Shown: positions 1-10,573 of the stretch, one piece after another
How positions within the stretch are numbered: position 1 is the first letter of the stretch
Layout: each line of letters opens with the position of its first letter
Source of the DNA: a virus
Taxonomy: Duplodnaviria; Caudoviricetes
DNA: 64,000 nucleotides
IMG/VR virus record: IMGVR_UViG_3300009168_000009
Coordinates: 227 to 64,226 of that record
Reading direction: 5' to 3' (one strand)
The notes under the pieces: generated by a model
Database searches by the model: none
Told to the model about the DNA's origin: nothing
Seen by the model: the letters and a program-made list of their open reading frames with translations, nothing else
Translations under genes and position numbers: made by a program

Positions 1-493
1 GGTACAGCCCGACATCGGCTTCCGAATTTACGAAGCAGATTTCGAGCAGCACGGCAGTTTCATCGGTGTTGTTGAGGAACGCCAGATTGCCCGTGTACTT
101 TGGTCCGCGGTTGATGAAGTCGCCGGCATCAGCGATGGCATTGACCACTTGCACCGCGACGGCTTCGCCGCTGTCGGACTTGTAGAAAACCTCGGTGCCG
201 ACCGGATTGCTGGTTTGATTGGAGCCGTTGAACGTGGCGCTATTGAAGTGCACGCTCACGTCCAGATCGCGCTGCTGATCGTTGTGGAATCGAACGATGC
301 GATCTAAATTTTCGCTCTGATCATTGCTCACGTCGTCGTGGAATACGACGGTGCCAACGCCGAGCGTGCGCAGATGCTTGGCGGTCTGATCTACCACGCG
401 GCGGGCTTCGTCCACTTCGTCCAGACCCCAGGGCGATGGGCCTTCGGCGCCGCGAATATAGAGGCCGTGGCCGGACGAAATGACGATATCCAT
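1..493 (-). CDS. N-acetylmuramoyl-L-alanine amidase (Amidase_3) domain of endolysin, runs off window start
   Basis: Manual translation from ATG at 493: MDIVISSGHG..GLDEVDE..VSVHFN..AVLLEICFVNS, the Zn-amidase H/E/H/E motifs. Not in the ORF track because it is open-ended. Confidence 0.9.
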   Translation of the reverse strand, partial: MDIVISSGHGLYIRGAEGPSPWGLDEVDEARRVVDQTAKHLRTLGVGTVVFHDDVSNDQSENLDRIVRFHNDQQRDLDVSVHFNSATFNGSNQTSNPVGTEVFYKSDSGEAVAVQVVNAIADAGDFINRGPKYTGNLAFLNNTDETAVLLEICFVNSEADVGLY

Positions 494-516
494 GGGCGTG
501 CCCTCCTGGGCAGCGA

Positions 517-792
517 CTAGGCCGGAAACCATGGGTGTATGTACGGAACGACTCGACCTTCTGGGTCCGGCGGTGGCTCGTAAGGCGGCTCTGGAGTGAC
601 TTGTCCCGGCAACTCTGGGAACGGCGCGCCCTCCATCCGCTTCATCATTTTCACCATGATGTAATCGAGCTGCGGGCCGACGAATCCGGCGGCGACGCAG
701 CGATCGTACAGCGCCATTCCCTTTTCCTCGCCGAGATAGGCAATGACAGTATTGAGCGCGTCGATGGTCGATTGGTCGGTCGGTAGCGCCAT
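517..792 (-). CDS. hypothetical protein between tail fibre and lysin
   Basis: 91-aa ORF, co-oriented, AAGGA SD upstream. Confidence 0.65.
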   Translation of the reverse strand: MALPTDQSTIDALNTVIAYLGEEKGMALYDRCVAAGFVGPQLDYIMVKMMKRMEGAPFPELPGQVTPEPPYEPPPDPEGRVVPYIHPWFPA

Positions 793-807
793 TGCATCAT
801 TTCCTTT

Positions 808-2196
808 TTATCCGATTATTTGCCCGCCGTTGCTCGCATAGCCGGCGACGTTGCCGGGAAGCTGCTTGCCTTGCTTGTAGAGAACGGAATTGCCGTCAAT
901 GATGTACTGCGTCGCCGGCACCGCCCCGCCCACGTTGAAGTTGATATATTGCAGGCTGCACACCGAGACGCCGGTGGCGATCATGTATGCCCCGACGCAA
1001 TTCAGATCGGTGGTGCTGAATGTGCCGCCAGCCACGTCGGCGCAGCCGGTGTATTGACTGTTTCCGGTGATCGCAAAAGCGGCATTCACGAAGGCGCTGT
1101 TGCCCTGAATGTTCACGTCGCCCGTGTACTGGAACAGCGTCGACGACGCCTGCAAGCTCATCAGATACGTGCCGGTGTTTGAGGTCACGATCTGAAATCC
1201 GACGCGATCCAGCGCCACGACGCTGCGCACCGCAGTCAAAACGTGGGAATAGTTTGGCGGGCCAATCTCTTGATACAGGGTGAGATTGCTAAGGCGCGCG
1301 CTGCATGAATTGAAGGCCATGGCGGCGTAGTTTGCGCCGCCGCCGTAGAACTCATGGATGCGATACTGCCAGCGATCCCCGCCGCCCGCGCCTTCGACCG
1401 ACACGCTGCCGCCGAACGGTCCAAGCTGGGCACCAACATAGTCGCCAGGAATGCCGAGCTTGATGTTGAGGGTGAACAGCGGCGTGACCATGAACCGCGT
1501 TGCGGCGGCATAGAACGCGCCGGAAATGGTGCGGAATGCATGTTGCGGATCGTTGCTGGTGCCGTCGCCGGTGGTGTCGTTGCCGTCGGTACGCACCCAC
1601 ATATCCAGCGCGCCGATTTTCAGCTGCGGCACCTGCGAGGCGACGAGGCCGATCATGTAGAACGCATCTTGCCAGTACGCGCACAGGAACGGCCGGTCGC
1701 GCAGAATGTCGCCGGACTGCAGCTCTTGCCCGTCATTGCGATAGAGCGGGACGTAGCCCAGACCATTAAAGTTGAGCCGCACGTGCTTCTGATTTTTCGC
1801 CACGTTCTGCAGCGTCAGCACCGGCGCGAGGAAGTTGTTGTAGCGCGTGGTCGGCGGATCGAGCGCGACGGTGAAGTGAAAGGCGTCGACGACTGCGGGC
1901 AGCATGGTGCTGCCCTTGGGCAAGCCGCGCTGGATCAGGTAGCGCGTGGCCAATTCCAGATTGCGCAACGACGCCATCCGATAGGCCAGCTCGGCGCGAT
2001 CAACGACGGATTCGACTTCGCTGATCAGCGAGTTGATAACGTGCGGCCGCAGTCTGACATCGCAGCCATTGCCGTAGTACAGCGCGGAGGTATCGACCGG
2101 CACGATCGCCGGGGGGTACGCCTGGGCGGGATTGTTCGGTGTCCCCGCATTGGGCGGGAGGCCGCCGTCATATTGATATGGAAAGATGCCGCCCAT
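808..2196 (-). CDS. tail fibre/receptor-binding protein
   Basis: N-terminus MGGIFP resembles MAGIFP of 2738..4195; WVRTDGNDTTGDG..AFRTI motif typical of phage fibre/beta-helix proteins; distal tail position. Confidence 0.75.
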   Translation of the reverse strand: MGGIFPYQYDGGLPPNAGTPNNPAQAYPPAIVPVDTSALYYGNGCDVRLRPHVINSLISEVESVVDRAELAYRMASLRNLELATRYLIQRGLPKGSTMLPAVVDAFHFTVALDPPTTRYNNFLAPVLTLQNVAKNQKHVRLNFNGLGYVPLYRNDGQELQSGDILRDRPFLCAYWQDAFYMIGLVASQVPQLKIGALDMWVRTDGNDTTGDGTSNDPQHAFRTISGAFYAAATRFMVTPLFTLNIKLGIPGDYVGAQLGPFGGSVSVEGAGGGDRWQYRIHEFYGGGANYAAMAFNSCSARLSNLTLYQEIGPPNYSHVLTAVRSVVALDRVGFQIVTSNTGTYLMSLQASSTLFQYTGDVNIQGNSAFVNAAFAITGNSQYTGCADVAGGTFSTTDLNCVGAYMIATGVSVCSLQYINFNVGGAVPATQYIIDGNSVLYKQGKQLPGNVAGYASNGGQIIG

Positions 2197-2208
2197 TGCG
2201 TGCTCCGA

Positions 2209-2727
2209 TTACTTCTGCGGCGGGGAGGGCCACAGCCCCTCGATGATCTCCTGCACGTCTTGATCGTTGCCGCCTGCCTTGCGCAGAAGCGCGGACAGCT
2301 TGTCGAGGGCGGCGGCGCGGCGCGCGCGCAGCGGGATCAGTGCGTCATTTGCCTTTTTGAGTTCATCGGCAATCCTGGCGTTTTCCGCCTGTACGAACGC
2401 CTCCCGCTTTTCGTTTACGGCCGCCACCTGTGCGTCGATCAGCTCCTGCTGTTGCTCCAGCTCGGCTTGCATGACGACATCGGCGCGCGCGAGGACGGCA
2501 TCAGCGAATGGCCACGGCATCGGGCCGCCGTCGATCACATTGCCGTCGGCATCGATCAGCGGGTGGCGCTTGTCTTGTTCGTAAATCCGTTGCGCGAAGC
2601 GTTGCTCCAACTGCGGGAAAGGTTGGCCGAACAATTTAGAAAATTGGTCCGGCGTAAGCGAATAGTGCCCGGCGGCAGTCCGCAGCCAAACGAGGGCATC
2701 GGGGAATGTGAGCTGATGAAACATCAT
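2209..2727 (-). CDS. hypothetical, possibly tail-fibre-associated protein
   Basis: 172-aa ORF between two fibre genes, coiled-coil-like C-terminus. Confidence 0.6.
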   Translation of the reverse strand: MMFHQLTFPDALVWLRTAAGHYSLTPDQFSKLFGQPFPQLEQRFAQRIYEQDKRHPLIDADGNVIDGGPMPWPFADAVLARADVVMQAELEQQQELIDAQVAAVNEKREAFVQAENARIADELKKANDALIPLRARRAAALDKLSALLRKAGGNDQDVQEIIEGLWPSPPQK

Positions 2728-2737
2728 GGGCGCGCCC

Positions 2738-4195
2738 TCACAGCTTGATCATGATGTTTAAGAAGGTGGTCGGCTGCACGATCGAGAATGGGACGTTGCC
2801 GCCCTGGTTGCCGAGGACGATTCCGATCGGGGAGGCATTGACGGTGACTTGCTGCGAGTAGCCGCCCCATAGGCCGACGTTGTAGGTGCTGCCGCCCTCG
2901 ATCGAAACATAGCTCGCGGTGATGTTGTAGTTGTAGTTGCCCTGCGCGAAATGGGTATGATTCGGATCGGTGACACCGTGGGTGTGCGCGGCGTGCTCGC
3001 CGCCGCTGAAGGTGTAGGTTTCCGCGCCCTGGACGTTGCCGAGTGGACGAGCGGTGAGGCCGAGCCCGCTGCCGGCAACCGCCAGCGCGCGGCCCAGCAT
3101 TTTGGTTAGGCCGATCTTTTTATGCGCGTCGAAATCCGCCTTCGCGCCAGTGCCGCGACCGCCCGGCGTCACCGGCGCATTGGTGTTGTTGATATTGGTC
3201 CAGATCAGAATGAACAGAGCTTCGCAATCGGCATTGGCGCGCGTGGTCGCGCCTGACGTGGCATCGCCGATGGTGCCATCGTTCGCCATCACCCAACCGG
3301 GATCGGCGACGGTCTTTAGTGTCAGCTTGGCGTCGCCGGTCGAAAAGTTGGCGGTGGCCAACAGCGCCTTGACGAACTCGACCGTCACCAGCTGCTTGTT
3401 GTCGGCGGGCTCGACTGGCGTGGGCGCTTTCGGTACGCCGGTGAACACCGGCGAGGCCAGCGGAGCGTAGGCCGAGAGATCGACACCGCCGCCACCGCCG
3501 GAGCCCATGGCGATGTCTACATAGTTCTTGGTGGCGACCTCGGTTGGTCCGAGCGGATCACGGTACGCGAACAGCGGCCCTCCCAGATTGCCGCCGCCGA
3601 GTGGAAGCACCCGCAGCCAAGTCCCCTCAAAGCGGCCATAGGCGAACGTGTCGTGAGGCGCGTCGCCGAATTGCGGCGCGTGGGCATCCACGTAACTCTT
3701 GGTTGCCGCCTGGGAATCGAGGGTCGGATCGCCCGGCAGGACCAGTGGCCCCGTCATGGTGTCGCCGGCACGATCGACCTTGGCGTTGTTGATTGGGACG
3801 ACCGCCGCAGCGGCGGTGGCGTCAACGTAGCCCTTGGTCGCCGCCTCGAGCGGCGCTTCTGGGTCGCCGGCCAGGACCAGCGTGCCGGTCATGGTGTCGC
3901 CGGCACGCAGCACCCGTTCGTCAATGCTCGCGTCGTAGGTTTGGAACGTGTCGCGGATCGCTTGACCGAGATTGTCAACGCGGTTGGCGTTGTAGGGCAC
4001 GCCGAGATAATCCACGGCCGCCAGAATCTCGGAAATGCCGGCGTTCACCGCGCAGTCGGTGAGGATCGTGGTGCAGTCGTTTTTGTAGTAGAGCGGCCCC
4101 TCGCCGATGACGGCATTCTGCGGACTGTAGCCGTTGCAGACGTTGCCACCGGGCGGCGCGCCGTTCTTGTCGCTCGCTGGGAATATGCCGGCCAC
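2738..4195 (-). CDS. tail fibre protein with collar-like domain
   Basis: Repeated RAGDTMTG.L.L..DP....AATK.YVD units, SPVFTGVPKAPTP motif, collar-like GDAK..PGWVMANDG, C-terminal HAAHTH..HTH and QPT..LN.MIKL. Confidence 0.85.
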   Translation of the reverse strand: MAGIFPASDKNGAPPGGNVCNGYSPQNAVIGEGPLYYKNDCTTILTDCAVNAGISEILAAVDYLGVPYNANRVDNLGQAIRDTFQTYDASIDERVLRAGDTMTGTLVLAGDPEAPLEAATKGYVDATAAAAVVPINNAKVDRAGDTMTGPLVLPGDPTLDSQAATKSYVDAHAPQFGDAPHDTFAYGRFEGTWLRVLPLGGGNLGGPLFAYRDPLGPTEVATKNYVDIAMGSGGGGGVDLSAYAPLASPVFTGVPKAPTPVEPADNKQLVTVEFVKALLATANFSTGDAKLTLKTVADPGWVMANDGTIGDATSGATTRANADCEALFILIWTNINNTNAPVTPGGRGTGAKADFDAHKKIGLTKMLGRALAVAGSGLGLTARPLGNVQGAETYTFSGGEHAAHTHGVTDPNHTHFAQGNYNYNITASYVSIEGGSTYNVGLWGGYSQQVTVNASPIGIVLGNQGGNVPFSIVQPTTFLNIMIKL

Positions 4196-4260
4196 GGGCG
4201 CGCCCTCCAGATTGCGGTTTTATACGATCCGGGGCGTTCCGGCTATAGTTTAGGGTTGAC

Positions 4261-5238
4261 CTAGAGCGTGATGCAGTCCTCGGGATTGCATTCGTAGACG
4301 CACCAGAACACGCCGCGAAGGCCCTCTAACAGCTTGGGCAGCAGCCATTTCGTGAAGGCTTCGTACAGCTCTGGATCGTGCGGCAGCGTCTGCGCCTGGG
4401 TCGGAATGTTGCAATTTTCCGGTATCTGAACTTCGGCCGGGCAGTAGACGATATTGAGCGACGGCCACACCCCGAAGCAGGCCGCCGGCTTGATCACCGG
4501 GTTGTTCATGATGGTCGGATCGGGCGGGCAGGCGAAGACCGGCGGGCACGTGCCCTCGTCACGCGCCATGCTCCACCAGCCGATCGGTCCGCAGTTCATG
4601 TCGCCGGCATAGTGCATCGTCATGTCCACGCCGAAGCGGGCGGCAACCTTGGTCAGAAATTCCCAGTTGATCGGGCCGCCGTAGTACCGCAGCTGCAGCA
4701 TGAAGCAGATCAGGAACTTGAGCATCGGCTCGGAGAAGCCGGGGCCGCACGGATCGGGATGCTTGATCCCCATGCGATCGGCCCAGCGCCGAACCAGCTG
4801 CTCGGCGGTGCAGGGATTGAGCTCGCGAAGCATGGCACACAACGCCTGCAGCATGGTGTAGGCGCCGGTTGCAAAGCAGTCGACCACGGCGAGCTGCGGC
4901 GCGACTGGATCGATCTGGCACGGGATGTTGCGTTCCTCGCAGCAGCCGCCGAAGATCAGCTGCTCGCATCCCACCTTTGAACATCCGACCGTGATCGATG
5001 TGTAAACCGCCGAGACTTCGATCGCCGGCACCAGCGTGGTGTTGTACGGATCGCCTTCCGGCAGCAGCTGCCGCACCTGACAAACCAAGTCCCACTCCGT
5101 GAAGTCGCACGGCGACGGCCCGCAGCAGCCGTCTGGGATGTAGCACTGAATCGCCGGCTCATCCGGCCCGCTGAAATTCTTTTCCGGCGGCAGCGGACAG
5201 CAGTACGGCGCTTCGTTGGGAACGGTGGGGGCTAACAT
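4261..5238 (-). CDS. baseplate wedge protein (Mu gp48/P2 gpI position), very Cys-rich
   Basis: Follows baseplate J; RELNPCTAEQLVRRW motif resembles gp48-like E..P.T...L..W; 26 Cys in 325 aa by manual count. Confidence 0.65.
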   Translation of the reverse strand: MLAPTVPNEAPYCCPLPPEKNFSGPDEPAIQCYIPDGCCGPSPCDFTEWDLVCQVRQLLPEGDPYNTTLVPAIEVSAVYTSITVGCSKVGCEQLIFGGCCEERNIPCQIDPVAPQLAVVDCFATGAYTMLQALCAMLRELNPCTAEQLVRRWADRMGIKHPDPCGPGFSEPMLKFLICFMLQLRYYGGPINWEFLTKVAARFGVDMTMHYAGDMNCGPIGWWSMARDEGTCPPVFACPPDPTIMNNPVIKPAACFGVWPSLNIVYCPAEVQIPENCNIPTQAQTLPHDPELYEAFTKWLLPKLLEGLRGVFWCVYECNPEDCITL

Positions 5239-6581
5239 CGTTCTGGCGGCTCGTTGCGCAGTGCCAGCGCGTTGATGGTGCCGAGCCGCTGCATCAGCTC
5301 GGCGGCTTTGCGGATGGTTTCAAGTTCGTCTTGCGTCAGCTGCGGCGCGAGCGGTGGCGCGAGCTGCGGCAATGGATTGATTTCGGGAGCGGGCGCATCG
5401 GTGACCACGACTTCGCCGAGCACCGGGAACACGCCGCATTCCAGCACGATGTAGGCGTCATCTTGCCGGCGCACGGCCTCGGGCGGATCGAATGTGAACG
5501 TCACCGTGGAGAAGCATGGATCGCCAACAGCGCCGTACACCGCCGCACGCAGATGCTCGCGGCAGATCGGCGAGCCGACGCAATACATGATCCGAATGTA
5601 CGTGTTGAGCGCCTTGATGATGCGGTCGATCGCGATGTCATCGCAGCCACGGAAGCAATAGCCGGTGACGTTGATCTTGACCGGCGCGCCGCAACGATAG
5701 GTGCCCTGCACTCCGACTGGCGCGAGCCCTTCGCCCTTGCCGACGTTCCTGCCCCACATCCACCAATTCATTTCGTCGATCACTTCTCCCGGCGGCACGC
5801 CATAGGGAGCGGTGACAGCATCGCCGTAGACGCCCTCGAAAAACGGATAGATGACCAAGTAGGTCGGATCGCAGCAGCCCTCGCATTCATCGGTGCAGGC
5901 GCGCGTGACGCCGGGATAGCGCAGCGTCTCGGTGATGTACCATTTTTCGTTCGTGGACAGGATCATCGAGCTTTCAGCGGCCAGCACCCGCGCGCGCAGC
6001 ATGTCGCACGTCTCGTTGCTGGTGCCGCCGATCATGCCGTTGCCGATGACAAGGCCCTCGGGATCGATCCCCGGCAGCGTGGTCGCCACCGTCAGGGGCG
6101 AGCCAACGCCCAGATTGAACTCGCCGCCGGGGAGTGCAGCGACAATCCGGAGCACGGCCCGGCCGGTGCTGTCGAGCAGCGTTGGATTGAACGTCACGCC
6201 AGGATCGAGCTTGTATTCCCGCGAGGAGGCGCCGACGAAACGGATATTCGGCGGGATCGGTGCCGCTGGCGTCCCGCTGATCGAGACGTAGCCCTTGGCG
6301 CGCGTTGCGCCGCGCAAGTTGATGCCAATGCGCGCGGCGTAGCGAATGAGATTGTCGCAGCACATGGTAGCGGCGTCGTTTTCTTTCAGCGCCTGCGTGA
6401 CCCAGCCGTGCATGAGATTGACGGTGCCGGCCATCACGAAGGCCAGCACGTCCTCGGTGGTCATCGGCAATACCGGCGCACCGCCCAGGAGTCGCCGGCT
6501 CAACTCGGTGGAGATGTCGTCGTGCAGCTCGGCGATCGAGGGGCGCGGCAGAACACAAGTGATGTCAGTCATAACCGGCAT
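5232..6581 (-). CDS. baseplate J/Mu gp47-like protein
   Basis: GATRAKGYV..G, GG...ET...LRARVL, PGVTRA motifs; synteny. Confidence 0.9.
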   Translation of the reverse strand: MPVMTDITCVLPRPSIAELHDDISTELSRRLLGGAPVLPMTTEDVLAFVMAGTVNLMHGWVTQALKENDAATMCCDNLIRYAARIGINLRGATRAKGYVSISGTPAAPIPPNIRFVGASSREYKLDPGVTFNPTLLDSTGRAVLRIVAALPGGEFNLGVGSPLTVATTLPGIDPEGLVIGNGMIGGTSNETCDMLRARVLAAESSMILSTNEKWYITETLRYPGVTRACTDECEGCCDPTYLVIYPFFEGVYGDAVTAPYGVPPGEVIDEMNWWMWGRNVGKGEGLAPVGVQGTYRCGAPVKINVTGYCFRGCDDIAIDRIIKALNTYIRIMYCVGSPICREHLRAAVYGAVGDPCFSTVTFTFDPPEAVRRQDDAYIVLECGVFPVLGEVVVTDAPAPEINPLPQLAPPLAPQLTQDELETIRKAAELMQRLGTINALALRNEPPERC

Positions 6582-6584
6582 GGC

Positions 6585-7301
6585 TCACCCCCTGATGTTT
6601 CGGTCGTATGGATCATTGCCAAACCAATCGGGACCGACGCGCAGGCGCGGATAATGCCACACCGGAGGCACCGTGGTCTTGCCGGTATATTCCTCCCAAA
6701 GATAGGTCGAGTCCGGCAACGCCGAGCCCTGCACCACTAGCGACGCCGTGCCCAGGCCGGGGCCTTTGAGCACGACTTCCAGCCGCATCACGTGGCGCGA
6801 AATATACCACGGCATGACATCGATCTTTGAGGCGATGCCCCAGGTCAGCAGGTAGGAGATCGCTTCGAGTGCATACTGTCTGGCCATCATCAGCGTCTGG
6901 TTGTTGACGTGATTCCATTGCAACGCCCACAGTTTCGAGCCGCTGATAAAGGACGAGCCGCGACTGCCGACATAATCGCCGCCACGAAAAGAGTCTGCCC
7001 ACCAGCCGCCGGCCCGGCTGTGATCGATGAACGGCGGCGCTTCGTTGCACTCAACTTGCCCGCGCGTGAACAGCTGAGTGATCACCCATCCACGCAACCA
7101 GTCACGGCGATCGAGCGTGCCGCTGGCGGTGACGTTGAGATTGGGATCGCCCTCCTGAATGCCCTCGCAATTCCCCGGCCGGCACAACGGAATCCGGCGG
7201 CTGGAAATTGGCGGCTGGAACAGCGGGAAGTTCGCGGTGCGGCAGCGTGTCGGCGCTGGCTCGCAGAGATTCTGCGGCGGGCTGTATGTGATCATCGTCA
7301 T
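6585..7301 (-). CDS. Mu gp46-like baseplate protein
   Basis: LFT..RAGGWWADSF..GSKLWAL..ARQYALEAISYL. Confidence 0.85.
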   Translation of the reverse strand: MTMITYSPPQNLCEPAPTRCRTANFPLFQPPISSRRIPLCRPGNCEGIQEGDPNLNVTASGTLDRRDWLRGWVITQLFTRGQVECNEAPPFIDHSRAGGWWADSFRGGDYVGSRGSSFISGSKLWALQWNHVNNQTLMMARQYALEAISYLLTWGIASKIDVMPWYISRHVMRLEVVLKGPGLGTASLVVQGSALPDSTYLWEEYTGKTTVPPVWHYPRLRVGPDWFGNDPYDRNIRG

Positions 7302-7313
7302 GGCCGGTCGTCC

Positions 7314-7712
7314 CTATGCGAAGATTTCATTGGCGCGTTCCTGCGTGAGCACGCCGGCAGCGACAAGATCGATCTTAAAATTTTTCACCTTGGTTCGCGT
7401 CATATCAATAACGGCATCGGAGGTGATGACGGCTAAATCCTTTCCGGTCTTGCCGTTGTCGGACATGCATCGATCTTGCAGCAGGCGATATTCTGCATTC
7501 GTCCACCGCGCCAGCCATTCCGTCGTCGCCGGCCTCCCCGGCACCGAGATCGGAATGGTGGCAATCACGTTGTCGGCGGCGGTGATTTGCGACGGCACGG
7601 CTTCCGGCGCCGCCGCATAGGACCAGCTGCTGCGTTCGTCGGAGATCGGAACGAAGGCAGATATGATCGGGCAGACTTTGGCGATCTCCTGGCGCAGATA
7701 GCCGGCGTCCAT
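7314..7712 (-). CDS. probable fibre/spike assembly chaperone
   Basis: C-terminal LVAAGVLTQERANEI typical of small fibre-associated proteins; follows the spike-fibre fusion. Confidence 0.55.
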   Translation of the reverse strand: MDAGYLRQEIAKVCPIISAFVPISDERSSWSYAAAPEAVPSQITAADNVIATIPISVPGRPATTEWLARWTNAEYRLLQDRCMSDNGKTGKDLAVITSDAVIDMTRTKVKNFKIDLVAAGVLTQERANEIFA

Positions 7713-7723
7713 AATCTATACCC

Positions 7724-10573
7724 TCATGCCATGATCTCACTTGCGCGCAACGAGCCGTAGTTGGCGGGAGTCGACATGCTGTTGCCGTTCACACTGGTGG
7801 CGATAGCGAGGAAGTAAGTCGTTGTTGCCGTGGTAAACGGCGCGTCCATCGCTGCAGCTGATCCCGCGCTTGACGTATAGCTCGACACCCCGCCTGGGCC
7901 GGCATTCGTGTAAGCGCCGACGATCGTGCTGGTGATAGCGTTTGGATTCGACGTAGTATTCCTATTAAGCCTAGCCATCGGCTGCGTGGATGCGCTCGGA
8001 ACGTACGAGTCGTAATCCGAACGAACATCGAAAAAATTGCAGACGCAAGTCGGCGTGATCGAAACCGAAAGCCCGGAGTTTGTCCACGCACTCGTGGATA
8101 TGGACGTTCCCGCCTTTGAGGCCATCGCCGTCTGGATAACCTCACCCGGCATCGGCGTCTTCGCGCCAACCGGAAGGATGCGAGTCGGCGACACGCCCCA
8201 CGTCCCCGCCGTGGTCAGCCCAGAATCATAGTCGGCAAATGCAATGACACGAAACGGCTTGGCCGATATGGCAGCGTCGCTGTAGTTCGTCGCGACGGCG
8301 TTGCCTCCTGTAATTGTTGAAGCTGACAATACCCCGATGACAGGGAAGCCGGAGATGACGGCAGAACCAACCCCAACCATGCTAACAAAGTCACTGCATC
8401 GTCGAACCACCAGCCGTGGCGTGCCCGCGTCATTCGCTAGTGCGAACCACAACCGAAATGGTTGAGTGTTGCGCGCGCCGATCGTCGTTGCGGACGGGAT
8501 GGTGAGCGAAAGCGCAGCGGTCAGCGTGACCGTGGTCCAATCCGGCATGATCGCGTACACCGGATCGCCAGCACTCGGATCGTTGCCGCTGATGGTCTTG
8601 ACTGCGAACGTCGCGGCATTACCGGCGTGCGTTTCGACGATCTTGCCATTGACGAGATTGAACTGCGCCGCTGCCGCTGCGCCGCCGCCACCGCCCGCCG
8701 CAACCGCTGCGCCCACGAACGCCGTCGTAGCCACCTTGTTGGAGGAGTCGCCAGCAGTCGGCGTTACTGCGATCGGTGCGCCGGATAGGTTGGCGTCAAT
8801 GATGTTGACCATGCCGCCGCCAACGGCATCGATGATGGCTTGGCCAACTGCCCCACGAAGACGGAGATAGGTCGAGGCGCCCGCGACGTTGCCAATCTGT
8901 GCTTGCCGCACACCTTGACCGTAGAAGTCAATGACGCCGGTGCCTTTGCCTTTGATCGCAAGCGAAATGTCGGTGTCGATCCCGGTGGCATTGATGGCCG
9001 GAACGCCGCCGGTCACCGCTGGAATGATATCGACGCCGTTGGCCGGCAGCGCGACGGTGCTGCGGAAGCTGGTTGTGCCGTAAAGTCCGGTCGCTGCGGC
9101 AAACGAATTGTTGCCGGTAAAAGCATTGTTGGCGGCCAGGAACACATCGCCGCCGACGCCGGGGATGCCTTGCGCGCCGGTGTCACCCTTGTCGCCTTTG
9201 TCTCCCTTTGGTCCCTGGATGCCCTGCGGCCCCTGGATGCCCTGCGGTCCGATCGGGCCTTGTGCTCCGGGCGGTCCCTGGATCGAGCCGCCGCTGATCC
9301 AGGCCGTGCCGTCCCATATCCACAGCGAGTCGTCGGCCTGGACAATGTAGGCGTCGCCCTGGTTGTTGCCGGTCGGCGGCAGATTGCCCGACGTGGCAAC
9401 CGATCCCTTCATGGTGATGCCGCTGCCGGCAACGCCCTGCGCTCCCTGGACGCCCTGCGGGCCTTGTGGACCTTGCGCGCCGGGTGCGCCGGCCGGCCCG
9501 TCGGCTCCCTGAATTCCCTGCGGACCTTGCGGCCCTGCTGGGCCAGTTGGTCCCGCTGGTCCGGCCGGTCCGGCCGGGCCGGTGGTGATGCGCGCCGTCA
9601 GAAAGCCGTTGCCGTCGAGGAACAGCGGCTCGGCAAAGAGCAGCTGCATCGTGATGCCGACAACTTGCAACGGCAGGACAGCGGCAGTGACGCCACCGCC
9701 ACCGCCTGCGACGATCTGATCGATCTGCTGTTGCAGGCTGACGACGGCACCGCCGACGCCGAGCAATGACACCTTGCCGGGGATGCCTTGCGAACTCCAC
9801 GCCTTGGAGCCGTCCGGTCCTTTCGCTAGTCCGATCTCGCCTTCGTCCGCGAATGTCGTTGTCGGCGTGACCGTGGCGCTGCCGCCGGCCACGTGATCCG
9901 TGGCGTGCATCACGCCCTTGTGGAACCAGCCATCCGGGCTTTCATAATGCGTCGTCTTGGTCTTGGTGCGCGCGGTTTGTGACTCGAATTGAGTGGCGTT
10001 GGCGGATTTGATGTCGAAGTTACCGCCGGTGTTATTGCCGATCCCTTTGTCGGCGTTGAGCTTGGACACGTTTTCAGTCGTGCCCGACATTTTTTCTTTT
10101 TCGGCATCATAGTGGAAGCCGGCGACGCGACCGGAGTCCTTGGTCTGCCCGTCCATGTCGTCGGAACCACCACCGCCGCCGCTACCGTTGCCGCCGCCCC
10201 CGCCCTCCTTTTTCATCTTGTGACGGGCGAACATCTTCTTATTGCCGGGCGCGTAGTGGAACGACTCGCCCTCGTCCGGCTGTGGATGCTGCTCGCGATC
10301 TCCGATCACCCACGCGATCACTCGGCGCGAGGCATCCGCGCCCACATCGATGGTGAACACTTCGGTTTTTTCGGATGGCTTGACGTGCGCGACATAGCCG
10401 ACTGGATGCAGCACATCCAGCTTATCGTTCTCCATCTTGTGGCCCATCTTGACGCGGGCTCGCAGCAACTTCTTATCGTTGTAGGTTTTTAGCAGATAGC
10501 CACGGCGGATCACGTTGCGCACCTTGTTGGAAAGGTGCTGCATGTGCTCCCATGACATGCCGGGGAGAGTCAT
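7724..10573 (-). CDS. Mu gp45-like baseplate spike fused to collagen-like (GXY) stalk and fibre domains
   Basis: N-terminal gp45-like region (HPVGY..P..E..VG.D.SR..GDRE.HP..EGE) after the hub gene; two GPxGPQG runs; 949 aa. Confidence 0.8.
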   Translation of the reverse strand: MTLPGMSWEHMQHLSNKVRNVIRRGYLLKTYNDKKLLRARVKMGHKMENDKLDVLHPVGYVAHVKPSEKTEVFTIDVGADASRRVIAWVIGDREQHPQPDEGESFHYAPGNKKMFARHKMKKEGGGGGNGSGGGGGSDDMDGQTKDSGRVAGFHYDAEKEKMSGTTENVSKLNADKGIGNNTGGNFDIKSANATQFESQTARTKTKTTHYESPDGWFHKGVMHATDHVAGGSATVTPTTTFADEGEIGLAKGPDGSKAWSSQGIPGKVSLLGVGGAVVSLQQQIDQIVAGGGGGVTAAVLPLQVVGITMQLLFAEPLFLDGNGFLTARITTGPAGPAGPAGPTGPAGPQGPQGIQGADGPAGAPGAQGPQGPQGVQGAQGVAGSGITMKGSVATSGNLPPTGNNQGDAYIVQADDSLWIWDGTAWISGGSIQGPPGAQGPIGPQGIQGPQGIQGPKGDKGDKGDTGAQGIPGVGGDVFLAANNAFTGNNSFAAATGLYGTTSFRSTVALPANGVDIIPAVTGGVPAINATGIDTDISLAIKGKGTGVIDFYGQGVRQAQIGNVAGASTYLRLRGAVGQAIIDAVGGGMVNIIDANLSGAPIAVTPTAGDSSNKVATTAFVGAAVAAGGGGGAAAAAQFNLVNGKIVETHAGNAATFAVKTISGNDPSAGDPVYAIMPDWTTVTLTAALSLTIPSATTIGARNTQPFRLWFALANDAGTPRLVVRRCSDFVSMVGVGSAVISGFPVIGVLSASTITGGNAVATNYSDAAISAKPFRVIAFADYDSGLTTAGTWGVSPTRILPVGAKTPMPGEVIQTAMASKAGTSISTSAWTNSGLSVSITPTCVCNFFDVRSDYDSYVPSASTQPMARLNRNTTSNPNAITSTIVGAYTNAGPGGVSSYTSSAGSAAAMDAPFTTATTTYFLAIATSVNGNSMSTPANYGSLRASEIMA

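Noticed and set aside
808-4195. Diversity-generating retroelement or invertible fibre cassette
   Set aside because: No reverse transcriptase, TR/VR pair or inverted fibre copy was seen, and the serine recombinase is about 36 kb away.
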